A DNA stretch of 64,000 nt from Fistulifera solaris. Its lineage: Eukaryota. Location: positions 1,488,001-1,552,000 of the forward strand of contig AP026125.1 in assembly GCA_030295235.1 (NCBI GenBank), given 5' to 3'. The notes under the pieces are model-generated. The model was not told the DNA's origin and ran no database searches. It saw only the letters and a list, made by a program, of their open reading frames with translations. A program made the translations under genes and the position numbers. Of this stretch, positions 25,348 through 37,354 are shown one piece after another (position 1 is the first letter of the stretch; the number at the start of each line of letters is the position of its first letter).

Positions 25348-26092
25348 ATGAAGTTTTTGTTCCTTTTGGCATCTTCATTGAGCCTTTGTGCATCATTTCA
25401 GCCGTCCTCTCATCCATCACGTCCAGCAGGCGTCGCTTCGGCCCTTCCGACGTCCGTTAAGATTTGCTCTCGACAAGATTTCTTCAAGCAGGTTACTGCT
25501 GCGGGTGTAGCTGTCGGAGTGTCTTTCATGAAACCTGAACCAGCAGCTGCGAGAGGAAGAGCTACTTTGGAAAAATCATTCGAGCGGTATGCTCCTCGCG
25601 TACGTGCCGGGGGGCAAATTTTACGCCACGGAACTTCGTGCTCTTGTCGGAAAGAACGATTGGGTGGGAATCAAGAATGCCTTGCAAGAACCCCCGGAGC
25701 GAAAGAAAGAGGATCTTGTAAAGGCCGATGCTGGTGTTGCGGCACGTGCTAAGCAAGCCGGAGGATTCTCCGACGCCCGGGTCTTGGTGGCTGCCGATCT
25801 TTTGGCGGGTTCTTTCTCGGACAACTCGATTGCTCCCAAGACGAAAAAGATGCAAGCTGCTGTTGCCGATTTACGTGAAATTGTGAAAGAAATGCAGAAG
25901 GTGTCACGACAGGCTCTTGGAGAAGAAAAGGGAGGATTGTTTGGCTTGGGGGCCAAGAAGCCGAATGAGGCCGAGCTTTCCAAAAAGATGAAAGAACTCT
26001 ACGTTAAAGGCGGAAACGCCTGGAATGAGTATGTGCTTGCGGCGAATGACGAACTGGCATTACAGTTTGAGAGATTTGAGTACATCAAATAG
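25348..26092 (+). CDS. Thylakoid-lumen-targeted helical protein (PsbQ-like)
   Basis: Signal MKFLFLLASSLSLCAS-F, Tat-like SRQDFF..hydrophobic..PAAA; helical mature part with NDWVGIKNAL. One extra G in the G-run at ~25610. Confidence 0.6.
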
Positions 26093-26283
26093 GTTTTAGG
26101 TTGTTTGAATCACACGCATGCTACAACTGCCGGCGCAAATTAACTTATCCTGCAAGCTAATCTTTCTATTTCAAGCTTCCTTCACTCTAAAAGTCAAAGA
26201 GATTTACAAGTAACCTTCCTCAATTGTATTTACTATTATTCTATATCATACTGTCGCGCTGAGCGTGATCATTCACCGGTCAC

Positions 26284-27383
26284 TTATGATTGCAAAGACA
26301 AATCGTTCTTACTTAGAGTCTTTTGCACTCCAGTAATGGCTTCGGCGCGTTCCTCCACCCAGTCGTATAATTCCTCCCGCTTCGACATAATCAGATCAGC
26401 ATGTTCTTTACGTTTACCTTCACGGACATCTTCGGCAATACCTAAAAGCATCTTCCACACGGTGCCTATTGCAATTCTCGTGCAAAAGTTCTGAAAAAGT
26501 GAGGAACCCAACCAATCTTCGGGTCGCAAAAAAGAACAAAAGTCACCAAGATCTTCTTTTCACCCTCTGGATACTCTTGCTTTGACTTGGCTAGAGCAGG
26601 ATGATCTTCGGGACATTGACGAAAGAGAAAATCAGCCACAAAGTCCATACGAGTAACCCCTTTGTCTGCAGCAGGGATGTCGTGATATTCGAAGCTTTCG
26701 TCCACGTTCAACAGCTTAGCTCCCACCCGACGCTCACTTGCGGAATCATCGTCTAACGAAAATGATAGTTTTACATCGTGAATCGTTTGCTGGTTAGTTA
26801 GAACAGATCAACTTGCACTTTTTCATTCGTATCTTACCAGCAAAACCCCAAAACATAATTTCGCGCTTGTTGAGTGGAAATGGCAAGTCCACTGTTAGTT
26901 GCACGAGCTGCTCGACTCTGCCAGCTTGTTTGATTTTCTTTGATTGTTGAATGCCGAGATGAGGAAAACTCCACTTTGGAAACCACGTTTCGTACAAATC
27001 CGTTTCATTGAGCACTGCCAGCAGCGGTACATACAGAGACGCTTCAATGACCGATTCGATGCGACACCAGAGCTTTCCGCCACTCTCTACTTTGTAATAG
27101 GTGATGAAATCACGATGTCCGTGCGACTCGCCTTGTTTCGTCCAGCCCTCGGATGCTGGAGACTCGAGCTTTTGTATACTTCTTCAATGTATATGCCCTT
27201 GCGGACGCCTTCATTGTGCATCGCTGTGAACAGGCTCGTATCTTTCACTTTGCGAAATTCGAGCAAAGCATCGTTTAGTCTGTCTTCTTTGAGATATTGT
27301 TCGGCTTGCGCCAAAATTTCGGCATCAGAACGCGCATCGTCTTTCTCAGATGCGACCTTTGCTTCAGAATCCGTATTTTTCAT
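26284..27383 (-). CDS. START/SRPBCC-like lipid-binding domain protein
   Basis: LNETDLYETWFP, TVDLPFPLNKRE, DPKIGW..; intron ~26756-26838 and several frameshifts. Confidence 0.6.
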
Positions 27384-27750
27384 CCTTTTTGTTAGCGATC
27401 GACTCGGTGTTTGAAATGAAATACAAAATTCTAGCTTTTAATAGATTCAACATGCAACCAATACCAGTACTGTAATAATCTAGTCGATCATCATTTCAAT
27501 GCAACAACGTGTCATTTTTGTTTTTGTTTTTTGCACCTTTCTTTTCGTGATTTCCCCTTGGAGAGGTGATCGTATTACAGAACGTGCTTCATGTTTTTCG
27601 TTATAGGGAACGTAAGGAGCGTGTCCGAAATAGTACCGGTACGACCACTGGACGAATTTTTTGTTTTTGCCAGAATGATTATTGCATTATTGCAACACAT
27701 TGTTCAAACTTCAAACATACCATAGACGTTCGTGTTGACGACTTGAAACG

Positions 27751-28427
27751 ATGTCGAAAGGTCATTCAGGAAGTAGAACGGGTTTTGCTACGAAAGTTCT
27801 TCTGAACATTTACGACTTGCACCCCCAAAATGAAACTCTTCACGGCGTCGGATTCGGCATTTATCACTCCGGGGTCGAGATTTCTGGAACGGAATATTCC
27901 TTCGCCAATGGAGGTATCTTTGAAATACCTCCCAAGACAGCACCGGGAGCAAAGTTTCGAGAGCAGGTGGAGATAGGGCATTTTGAAGGCGGCATGGACG
28001 AACTGAACCGAGCACTAGACTTTTTACGCGATGAATTTGGACCGGACGATTACGACGGTTTCCGCCGTAATTGCAATCACTTTTCCAACGCCTTATGTTG
28101 GAGATTAGTTCATAAGAAAATTCCGCCTTATGTGAACAGGGCCGCAGAATTGCTGGTGTGCTGTTGCGGCTGTCTTTGCCACGTCCGCGTCTAGCAGAAG
28201 GGCCCAGTTCGGATTCGAATGGCGGTTCCACTTCGCAATTTCTTTTACGGAAAAAGGACCTGTCATCCAGTATTCCCGTTTTTCAAGGCGCTGGCAACAA
28301 GCTTGGGTCGCCCTCCTCGCTTGGCTTCTTGAGCGGTAGCCAACAGCAACCAGAGGATTTAACCGACCGACGCGAGAGAGCAAGAAAAGCAGCAATGGCT
28401 CGACTTGGGAAAAGCCAACAAGACTAG
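27751..28427 (+). CDS. PPPDE/DeSI deSUMOylating isopeptidase
   Basis: VLLNIYDL, GIYHSGVEI, RNCNHFS catalytic His/Cys motifs. The C-terminal part (FQGAGNKLG..RARKAAMARL) is in another frame. Confidence 0.88.
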
Positions 28428-28816
28428 TGTGCTCGTAGTGTTCTCAATTATAAAATACAACGTCGATTGCTTGTCTTTTATTTTTCGAACCTAGCCTAGC
28501 CTATAGTCTAGTCCGGCCGAAATTCGTCCCCCTTCGTTCGCTACAGTACCCTAACCTTATTGTGAAACGCTCAACATCGATCAAAAAAATAATTGACCCC
28601 GCACACACGCTTGCTTTTGCTCGTTCCGCGTATCGTCATGGCGACGCACACCATGATAATCGGAACAAGGACTAATTGCATCTTCATTTACCCATCTACT
28701 AAGGTAGCAATACATTTGATTTGGTGCTTTCGGTGTTGAGACCGGTGATTTGTGTCCGACAGAAGAAATAACGTTCATTTTCCGTTCGCTTGTCAAGGCC
28801 AAAATTTTGGTCAATT

Positions 28817-29573
28817 ATGCTCTCCATCGTACCTATCAAAACACTCCTATTCCTCGTCTTGGCGCTCACAAAGTGTGATGCCTTTGTCCTACTGCGAAAC
28901 GGTAACGCTGCAGTCAGTCAGCGCCGACCAGTAAATTTGTTTGCTTCTTCAAAAGACACAGATCAAGAATTTTGGGCGAAACAAAAAGAACTGGTGGCGG
29001 AAATGCAAGAGAAAAGCAATCGGAATTATAAACAGGAACTCAGAGAAAAATTTGCAAAACGAAGGCTTGGACTTGTTACGGACACTGCCTATTTCGGCTT
29101 CTTCATATTTTTGTGGTGCGTGCTTCGTATTTATTATCATGCTCACCGATCTCAAATTACACTCATCTTCCATTGCTTCACGATTTAGCACTGTGGTGCA
29201 TATCTGACAATCCATTTACGGCCATTTCTTACTCATTTGGCGCTACGATGGGATTGGCTTACGCATTTGGCCTGGGTACGTGACTGATGCTGATGAATCT
29301 TTTTCGTGATACACCCCTCTCGTTGCCGTTAACTCTCATCGCCGTCAACTCCGCGCAGGCAAATATGTGGAGACCATTGGTGGCTCGGTGGATGATGTGG
29401 ACGCAGTCAAAGGTGCGGGAGTGGGAGAAGCCCGATTTGCCTTTCTGATTCTTCTGTTTATAGTTGTTGGGAAATTTCGTGCACAAGGTCTCGAGCCGAT
29501 TCCCAGTATTGCTGGGTTCTTTACGTATCAGCTTGCATCCTTGTCGCAAGGTTTGAAAGAAATAAATGACTAA
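28817..29573 (+). CDS. CGL160 / ATP synthase protein I (Atp1/UncI)-like, plastid-targeted
   Basis: Signal ..LTKCDA-FV; TM segments with AISYSFGATMGLAY, EARFAFLILLF and PSIAGFFTYQLA. Introns ~29116-29188 and ~29277-29358. Confidence 0.7.
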
Positions 29574-29714
29574 GCTCGAGTTTATGCTACTTGAGTGCTG
29601 AATATACATAGAAAACAATTTGACAGACTAATATTTGTATGTGTCATTCAATCTTTACGGAATAAGAAGCCGGGCATTCAACATCAGTCGACGAAAACTG
29701 AAACGACCTGCATT

Positions 29715-30906
29715 CTATCCCTGGTACTCAGCCATCTCACGGGCGTAACGTTCCTTATCCTCGGCAGCTTTAGTTTCCCAAATCTTCTTCTCACTGGCGG
29801 AAAGGGTCTTGAAACGCTCAGAGATCATACGAGCGATGTCACCAAAGGAAGCATCGGGGTTCTCTTCCTTCACACGAGGGCGCTCATCGATCGAGAAGAG
29901 AAAGTACGCACTCATGTTACGTTTGGGAGCACTTGGGTCCTGTGACATAATATTAATGATGAGAGACTGCAGATGTTGTACGTACACAAGCAGTTTGTGA
30001 CTTACCTTCTTGGCTTTCTTCTTACCGCCACCTCCCGTCGGATCCTCGAGAGGGACGTAATCCTTCATCTCCTCTTGGTAGCGAAACTTGTCTTGTTCTG
30101 CTTTCTTTTCCCATTTGCGCATTTCCTTTTCGGGGAGTTCTTTGTATTCACGTGCAAGAATGCGGGCCTGTCGTAAGCGGGATTGGATTCGGTCAGAAAG
30201 GTTTGAGACACGGATATAAAAATCGCACGTGACGTCATCCGTGGAACGGCTCGCCATTGACGAAAACGCAAGGCTCGTGTCAAGGGCAAAAAAAGCACGA
30301 CAATCACCGTGACGTAGAAAACCTACGGGGCTGTACGCCCTTCACCAAACGCACTTCTACCGCATGAAATTTTTGCAGCGCTTTTTTGCAGGCGAAACGC
30401 TCTCGCGATGCTATCGCGATGTTGGTCAAGCGTCGTGATGATTACGAGACTGCACTGAACGCTCACAAATTGACGAACATCGAGTCAAGCGCGACGTAAC
30501 ACTACCATGTGTGAAAACTTCACAAGCACTCATTTGCACGCCACACCCACAACGAATACGCAAATAAAACACTCGAGAAGTCATCAAATATGAAAAAATC
30601 GACATCGTTTTACTCACCAGATCGCCGAAGCTAGCTTCGGGGTTTTCTTCTTGATTCTCTGACGATTGGCCTGCGAGAAGATGAAGAACGCACTCATCGC
30701 ACGCTTGGGCTTGGAGGGGTCCTGAAGAGCAAAAAGACAAAAGCGAACATTAGCCTGAAGGTGCGGAGGAAGTCTTTTCCAAAGGATTCGTCATTCGGTC
30801 TTACCTTCCATTTCTTGGATGAGCGCTTGCGAGATCGAGGAGCTTCTTCCTCTTCCTCGTCTTCTTCTTCGTCCTCGATATCTTCTTCGTAGTCAATAGG
30901 AGCCAT
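29715..30906 (-). CDS. HMG-box protein with two boxes (HMGB/NHP6-like)
   Basis: DPSKPKRAMSAFFIFSQANR..ENPEASFGDL and DPSAPKRNMSAYFLFS..WETKAAEDKERY. Introns ~30723-30804, ~30170-30617 and ~29941-30005. Confidence 0.9.
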
Positions 30907-31688
30907 GATTAAGTTGTTTTGTTGAAAAAAGGTTGCAAGCTCTTGTCGAGACTGATTGTGCCCTCATGCCGGCAAGCTCAACATCCATTCAAAAAGGGAT
31001 CTTCTCGTGTCCGGCCTGTAGGCCTGCACTATAATTCTACGTAGAATCTTTTTCATGTCACATTTTGCGCGGCACATGCTCCTGTATCTTTAGTACTAAG
31101 ATTTACACGGCTGCCCCCGCGTGCGCCAGTTTTACGGCACGAAGTCGTGCCCGTTCTTTGGTGCGCTGGCATCTGCTCTTTGTCATTGGTGACGAAAGCG
31201 TACTCTATTCGTCAGTGTAAATAATTTTCACGTAGCTTTGTACGGTACAGTGTTGTATCAAAATTTGATTTCACGAACCATCAGAAAGCGCGAACGAATG
31301 GTTGGAGTCTTCATTTAGATCGGAAACGTCATATCTCCGTTGATAGTCGACACGCTCTCTCAACGGTTTTCCTTTTCGTCCTTTTCTGACATAAATGCAC
31401 TAACGCTGAAAAAGTACGCCGAAATATCGTTCCGAGAACCAAAATACTCCGTAATCAAGTTCGCAATAAAGAGCAAGTGCTTTGCTTGACGCGCTCGTCA
31501 GTTGTCAGTTGACGGAAAAGTTTGGTCGTCGTTTTTTTGGTCTTCTTCGAAACGAGGAAGTTCGTCACTTTGCAATCTTCTTCAACGCAGTTATGACTTG
31601 AACGAGGTGTGCGGGAACAGACTAAAAACACTCACAATCTACAACGCCTGGTTCTGACAAAGCCGCTGTTTGTTGATTTATTTTGCAG

Positions 31689-33219
31689 ATGTCTTCGACT
31701 AACGCAGAACCCGAACTTGAAAGGGAACAACACCTCGTCATCGACACGACTCCTATCATGAATGAATCGATCCGAGATGGAGCTGAAGAAGCTGACGATG
31801 AAGCTGGAACGGTTCGAACAGGTTCCTCGCAAATACGTGAAGGGACTATTGCCTCCGGTCGCTTTAACATTCTTTCGACCATGGTGGGCGGCGGTTCTCT
31901 CTCACTCCCGCTCGCCTTTCAAAAGACAGGTAACGGCTTCTTGGCTCCGGTGCTGCTGCTGATTGTAGCTTGCATGACGGAATTCTGCTTTCGAACTCTC
32001 ACAACGTCTGCGCGGACGTTATCTCCGCCGGATCACAATCGACGTGGACAAGACTCGTATGAATCTATCGCCAGTGCAGCGTTCGGTCGTAAGGCGTACG
32101 TCATGTCGACGGTTCTTGTGACAGCCATGTGCTTTTTTCGGTACAGTCGCATATGCTGTCTTGTTGCGTGATATGTTGCAGCCTATTTCGGAGTATGTTT
32201 TCGAACGGTCAACTTCGGGCCCGACTTGGGAAAACAATGTCACCATGTTGACGGTCGTCGTCTTGGTGACTCCTCTTTGTACTTTGAAGACCTTGACCGC
32301 TCTACAGCGCTTCGGGGCTTTGGGAATGTTTTCGGTTCTAGTTCTGGGCTCCTGCATTGTATATCGATCTATCGAATGCACGGCACATCACGCGGATGAC
32401 TGGAAGGCTGCCTTTCAGTGGGGACCGAACTCTTGGAGAGATGTGCTCGATGTCTTCCCCCTCTTTGTATCTTGCTACGTCTGTCATTACAACATACCAG
32501 TTGTGCACAATGAACTGCACAATCCCACAACGGCTCGAGTGGCGTGGTGGTTGAAATCGACTACATGGACGGCTACGCTATTCTATATGTTGATGGGCGT
32601 GGCAGGGTCTGCCTACGCTCCTTGCGCCGCATCGAAAGAGTTGCATGGAAATGTTCTTTTAGATTTTGACAACGATGATCCGGTAGTGATGGTGGGACGA
32701 ATGTGTCTGGCTTTGACCATCACTTTGGCATTCCCCATGCTAACGATCCCAGCGCGCGATATCGTAATACGCACTCTCTGCTCTGCTCGCACCATTTCCG
32801 CTCCGACTACTGAACTTTTGTTGGAAGAAGAAATTGATTTTGAAGAACCTTTGTTGGCCGATCATGACAATGAAGAAGGAGAAGTGGCGGAAGCAGATGA
32901 TAATCAGAAGCAGCATTCATTGGGACTCCTGCTGTTTGCTTCTATCGGGGTATTTTGGATAGCAGCCTTGCTAGCTAGTTGCGTCTCGAGCATCGACATT
33001 GTATGGGAGCTGTTGGGGAGTTCACTATCTATCTTCATGTCGTATCTCATCCCTTGTGGATCATATCTGGTTATAATTCGGATGCGACAGGTTTTCCAGA
33101 CTGAGATATCATGGAAGGATCGAATGTCGGTGATGTTTGCGTGGTTCCTGGTTTTGCTGTTCATTCCTCTCATGTTCCTGTCGTCTGCCAACGCCGTCTA
33201 CAAAGTATTTCTGCGCTAG
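31689..33219 (+). CDS. Amino acid transporter (Aa_trans / SLC38-AVT family)
   Basis: FNILSTMVGGGSLSLPLAF, YVCHYNIPVV and multiple TM helices. One extra T in the T-run at ~32135. Confidence 0.9.
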
Positions 33220-33277
33220 AGAGCGGGAGCTGAAATTAAGTCCGTAGTTAACAAAATTAGAAACTATTACATACTCT

Positions 33278-34346
33278 TCACTTGTTGGAATCGTAGTTGT
33301 AGAGTGGTATTACGTCTTTCGCAGTACAGGGTGACCGGCAGATGGGACACTCCGGTCGAACCGTTTGTACCCATTTTGCAGGCAAGTCCAGCAAAATACG
33401 TGTCCACAATCCACAGGACAGGCCGAATATGTTCGAGGTCCGTGACAAATACCACAAGTTGTTTGAGAGGAAAATGATGCATTGTTGTCTTTGGAATGAA
33501 TGTCTCGCAAACTGCCTGCTGTCGGTCGTTCATTTGTCGGGGTGTACCTGTCGCAAAAGTCAAACCACCAATGTAAAAGTTGCCGAGAAACCGAAAGAAG
33601 ACTGGTGCCTACAGCATGAGACAGGATTAGAGCACCGATCGCTCTGTATGCTGTGGGACGGTTCACCAGCCGGCCTTCTTCGCCTTGCTGGAACGTGATA
33701 CCCAAAAACCGATGCATCCATGAAGCGTATTTCCCATGCATGCAATAAAACCCCAAATGCAATCGCATTAACCATTGCAACCATGATCGCTGTGTAGTTG
33801 AATCACCAGGGGGATGATGCGGACCTTCTACATCTGAAAGAAGTGCATCACGGATCATTCGAAGAAAGGCTTGAATTCGATATTGTGATGTTGAAAATCT
33901 GCGACTGTCCTCCGCGGCTGCTACCGGACCACTATTCGTTTGTGAAGTCCTACTCGTCATGGCTGCTCTTTGCCGAAGGAAAACATCGCGTCGTGAGGCC
34001 CCTCGCAGCGACTCGGTCGATTCCTCTTCTTGTGCAGCGATTCTTTTGCTCAACGCATACGCCCCAAACGAAGTCGCGACAGACAGTGCCACCATCTTGT
34101 ACTGCCACTTATCTAATGTAACACCCGTCGCTTCCATACCAAGAGTCTTTCTTTTGGTAAGAACACGAGCAAAGCATAGAGAATCGAACTTACAGCGGCA
34201 GCAGTACCCTCATCGGACCGGCCAAACGCGTCCAAAACTTGCTGTACGAGTGTTCGACATTCATCGATGTATCTAGCGTCTTTTGCTGCCGCCAATAAAA
34301 CTTCCGGTACCAGCAGCCGATCCCTTGTTTTTTCTAAAGTTGTCAT
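33278..34346 (-). CDS. PEX10: Peroxin PEX10-like (Pex2/Pex12 N-terminal domain + RING)
   Basis: PEVLLAAAKDARY, TLGME, LHLGFYCMHGKY, RING CGIC..CGHVFCWTC..ECPICR. Frameshifts near 34155 and 33375. Confidence 0.8.
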
Positions 34347-34404
34347 ATTGAAAGAAATTAAGAATTACGTAAAGGGTGGCTTTCCAATATACTCCTTCGA
34401 ACAC

Positions 34405-34770
34405 CCAAGATTTTTTGTGTGAATGAAATGTTTACACCTGGTCCAGAATTTCTGGACCATCCCAGATATTCTGTATGAATGAAATACAATTGGTCCAGAA
34501 ATTCTGGACTACCTCAGATGTTCTGTATGAATAAAATACAACTGGTCCAGAATTTCTGGACAAGCCCAGATTTTCTGTATGGATGAAATACAATTGGTCC
34601 AGAATTTCTGGAGCACCCCAGATTTTCTGTATGAATGAAATGTTTTTAAACCGACACAGATTTTCTGTATGGATGGTCCAAAATTTCTCGAAACACCCAG
34701 AAATTCTGTATGAATGAAAAACACCCGGTCCAGCTGTTCCAGAATTTCTGGACCTCCACAGATTTTGTGC
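34405..34770. repeat. Palindrome-core minisatellite array 2 (52-bp units)
   Basis: TGGTCCAGAA(T/A)TTCTGGA at 34439, 34491, 34543 and 34595 (exact 52-bp period), followed by degenerate units. Confidence 0.92.
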
Positions 34771-34807
34771 GAACAACGACAAAAAATAATGATATTGATG
34801 TTTAGCA

Positions 34808-37294
34808 ATGACCGTCTCTATTAACAAGAATTACACATTTAAAATCACCGGCAGTGCAGCAAAATCTCGTATTGCTCCCTTACTGCCGGACAATTGGGTT
34901 GAAGGCGATACGAATGTCGATTTCTTGTGGGAAAATGCTCCACGCGCTGTTACAAAATCGTTTCGAGACGATGTGATGTGCTATTCGCATTTACCCAATG
35001 GCACGAACATTTTAGATAGTAAATGGGTTTTGGCGCGACTCTTTCAAGATGCACACTGCTTTACGGGTCTTGCTGGCTTTCAAAACTTCTGTCGTCGACA
35101 GCAGTGTTCGTCAGATGTCGTCGATGATGAGGAGTCATTTCCACAGCGTTGTCTCGATTTATTTCCGGGGTATGAAAGTACAGACATTATTACGAATTTT
35201 AGTGACTGGTGGGTCGTTAAAGATGCTTCTTCGAACGGGGCCGGAGGTATATGGGTCGTGTCGCCGCAGAATAGGTCATTCTATCAAGATGCTCGTACCA
35301 GCCCATTTGTAGAGAATCACCGATACGTTGCGCAGCCCTACGCTTGGCCTTTGGTTCTCTTTCAGGGACGAAAATGCCACGTTCGCGTCTATGGACTTGT
35401 CACGAGTGATGGAAGAGCCTTTGTTCACGACCGCGCATTCCTGCATGTCGCCAATGAAGCATTCACGGGAGAGAATATGCAAGACACAGTGCACATTACA
35501 AATTGTTGTGCGAACAGTCATGACCTCGCTCAATTTTCGGGTGAAATTTGTGCTCATTTTGGAGTTGACTCGAATCGACTGACAGCGGAAGGCGAGATCG
35601 AAATCGGTCTTGCTCGCTACAAGCAAGCAATCCACGATAAAGTAGCCCAGTTGGCGGAGCGTACTGGACCCTTTCTTAGAGGAGGGCACAGAAATGGAGG
35701 CTTTGAGTACTTGGGGCTTGACTTTATTCTCACGGGAGATGATTCGGCGTTTCTACTGGAAGTAAATGCACCTCCGTCACAAGATACTGCTACTGGACTT
35801 CCGCACGCGGAGGCGTTACACGATGCGGTTCTTCAAGATTTATTACATTTGTGGGTTTACCCCAGAGTCCTCGGTCAAGACGAGCAGCCTGGCGACTGGC
35901 AATGCGTGTATACTCCTTCAGTCGTCGAAAGTGTTCAAGCGAGTGTTGTGCCATCGAAAGCAGCAGTAGTGAATAAGATGCGATGGGCTCTACTCGAGAG
36001 GAAGTTATCAAAGGTTGAAGACATTCAGGAAACCAAGTTAATGGAAAACTCGTTTTGTGTACCTGGGATTAGAAAGCATTTTCGATACTTCCAGAATAGT
36101 AAGAGGAAACCACTTGTCTACTTTGAAAATGCGGGAGGTACTCAAGTCCCTATTTGTGTGGACAACGCTGTGCAGTCATCCTTGGCGCTTCGAGATCGCT
36201 CAATAGGGGGCAAAGCTTGCGTAGCGTCGGCACGCAACACCTTGCAACTTTTACTGGGAGCTCAAAAGTGCCGAATTTTTCTAGGAGCAAATGCCTCCCA
36301 GCTCATATCTAACTTGGCGGATGCCTATTATGACCTTCTTTCGTCTGATGACGAGCTTGTCATCAGCACAGACAATCATTTAGCAAACATCCAACCATGG
36401 GTAAAAGTTGCAACTAGATCTGGTGCAGCCATTCAGTGGTGGAATCCAATTGAAGAAGAGTTTCCTTTCCTGAATAAATCGACGCGTCTTGTGATCGTTC
36501 CTCATGCGTCCAATGTTTTAGGTGAGGTTCGCGACCTACATTCGCTTCAGCGCCACGTGCGTCGTGAGACTTGCGGACGTGCGCGGATCATTGTGGATGG
36601 AGTAGCTGCAACGCCTCATCGATTTGCCGCAGTCGATGCAAATGAGGTGGACTGGTATGTGATCAGTTGCCATAAAGTGTTTGGGCCACACATGGGTGTA
36701 TTGTGTGGGAAACCTGATGCTTTCAAGGAACTGTCCTGTCCGCTCGAATATGGTACTTTGAACTACGAGGCATGTGGAGGCATAGCTGGATTGGGTATTT
36801 ATATTTCAGCACTGGCTTCTCATCTGTCATCTCAAAGACATGACGACGATGAGTGTCTTGTTGGTAACACTTACAGTAAAGAGAAAGAAACCTTTGAAAC
36901 GGCAGTTTGTGAAGACATCGGCGCATTGTCACCCGAGCTTGTAAAGAATGCATACCGATTGATACGTCAAGTCGAACTGCCTCTCACTAAAATGCTGATT
37001 GAAGGTCTCCAGCGTTCAGCTAAAGTGTCGATCTTGGCCTCGCCGCAACAATGTTTGGACAGGCAACTACCCATAGTGAGCTTTTTGCACAGCGACCTTG
37101 ATGGTGAACTGATTGTTGAGGCCTGTCGCCGTGCTGGTATCATCTGTCGATACGATTCCTTTCTTTGCAGCGAGCGATTTATGAAACAACTAAAGTTTCA
37201 ACGAGTAGTTCGCTTTTCTCTTGTGCACTACAACACAGCAAAAGAAATTTCCTACGTGTTAAAAGTACTGCAATCGTTGGAAGGTTGGTTTTAG
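34808..37294 (+). CDS. Fusion: TTL-like ATP-grasp domain + class V PLP enzyme (cysteine desulfurase/C-S lyase-like)
   Basis: Uninterrupted 828-aa ORF. N-terminal WVVKD..GAGGIWV, GRKCHVRVY, HITN, FEYLGLDF, LLEVN; C-terminal YFENAGGTQVP, IVDGVA, SCHKVFGPHMG, VRFSLVHYNT. Confidence 0.85.
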   Translation: MTVSINKNYTFKITGSAAKSRIAPLLPDNWVEGDTNVDFLWENAPRAVTKSFRDDVMCYSHLPNGTNILDSKWVLARLFQDAHCFTGLAGFQNFCRRQQCSSDVVDDEESFPQRCLDLFPGYESTDIITNFSDWWVVKDASSNGAGGIWVVSPQNRSFYQDARTSPFVENHRYVAQPYAWPLVLFQGRKCHVRVYGLVTSDGRAFVHDRAFLHVANEAFTGENMQDTVHITNCCANSHDLAQFSGEICAHFGVDSNRLTAEGEIEIGLARYKQAIHDKVAQLAERTGPFLRGGHRNGGFEYLGLDFILTGDDSAFLLEVNAPPSQDTATGLPHAEALHDAVLQDLLHLWVYPRVLGQDEQPGDWQCVYTPSVVESVQASVVPSKAAVVNKMRWALLERKLSKVEDIQETKLMENSFCVPGIRKHFRYFQNSKRKPLVYFENAGGTQVPICVDNAVQSSLALRDRSIGGKACVASARNTLQLLLGAQKCRIFLGANASQLISNLADAYYDLLSSDDELVISTDNHLANIQPWVKVATRSGAAIQWWNPIEEEFPFLNKSTRLVIVPHASNVLGEVRDLHSLQRHVRRETCGRARIIVDGVAATPHRFAAVDANEVDWYVISCHKVFGPHMGVLCGKPDAFKELSCPLEYGTLNYEACGGIAGLGIYISALASHLSSQRHDDDECLVGNTYSKEKETFETAVCEDIGALSPELVKNAYRLIRQVELPLTKMLIEGLQRSAKVSILASPQQCLDRQLPIVSFLHSDLDGELIVEACRRAGIICRYDSFLCSERFMKQLKFQRVVRFSLVHYNTAKEISYVLKVLQSLEGWF

Positions 37295-37354
37295 AGTTTC
37301 CCGACCGTACGAAGTAGTCAATCGAAAATGTTTCTGCCGTGCCATCAAATCTAG

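Noticed and set aside
28549..28558. Telomere-like CCCTAA words (also ~40272 and ~51689)
   Set aside because: Isolated single copies, expected by chance.
22102..29573. Apparent cluster of plastid-protein genes (LPA3, membrane protein, PsbQ-like, CGL160-like)
   Set aside because: Interspersed with unrelated genes, and plastid-targeted genes are common throughout the window. There is no support without synteny data.
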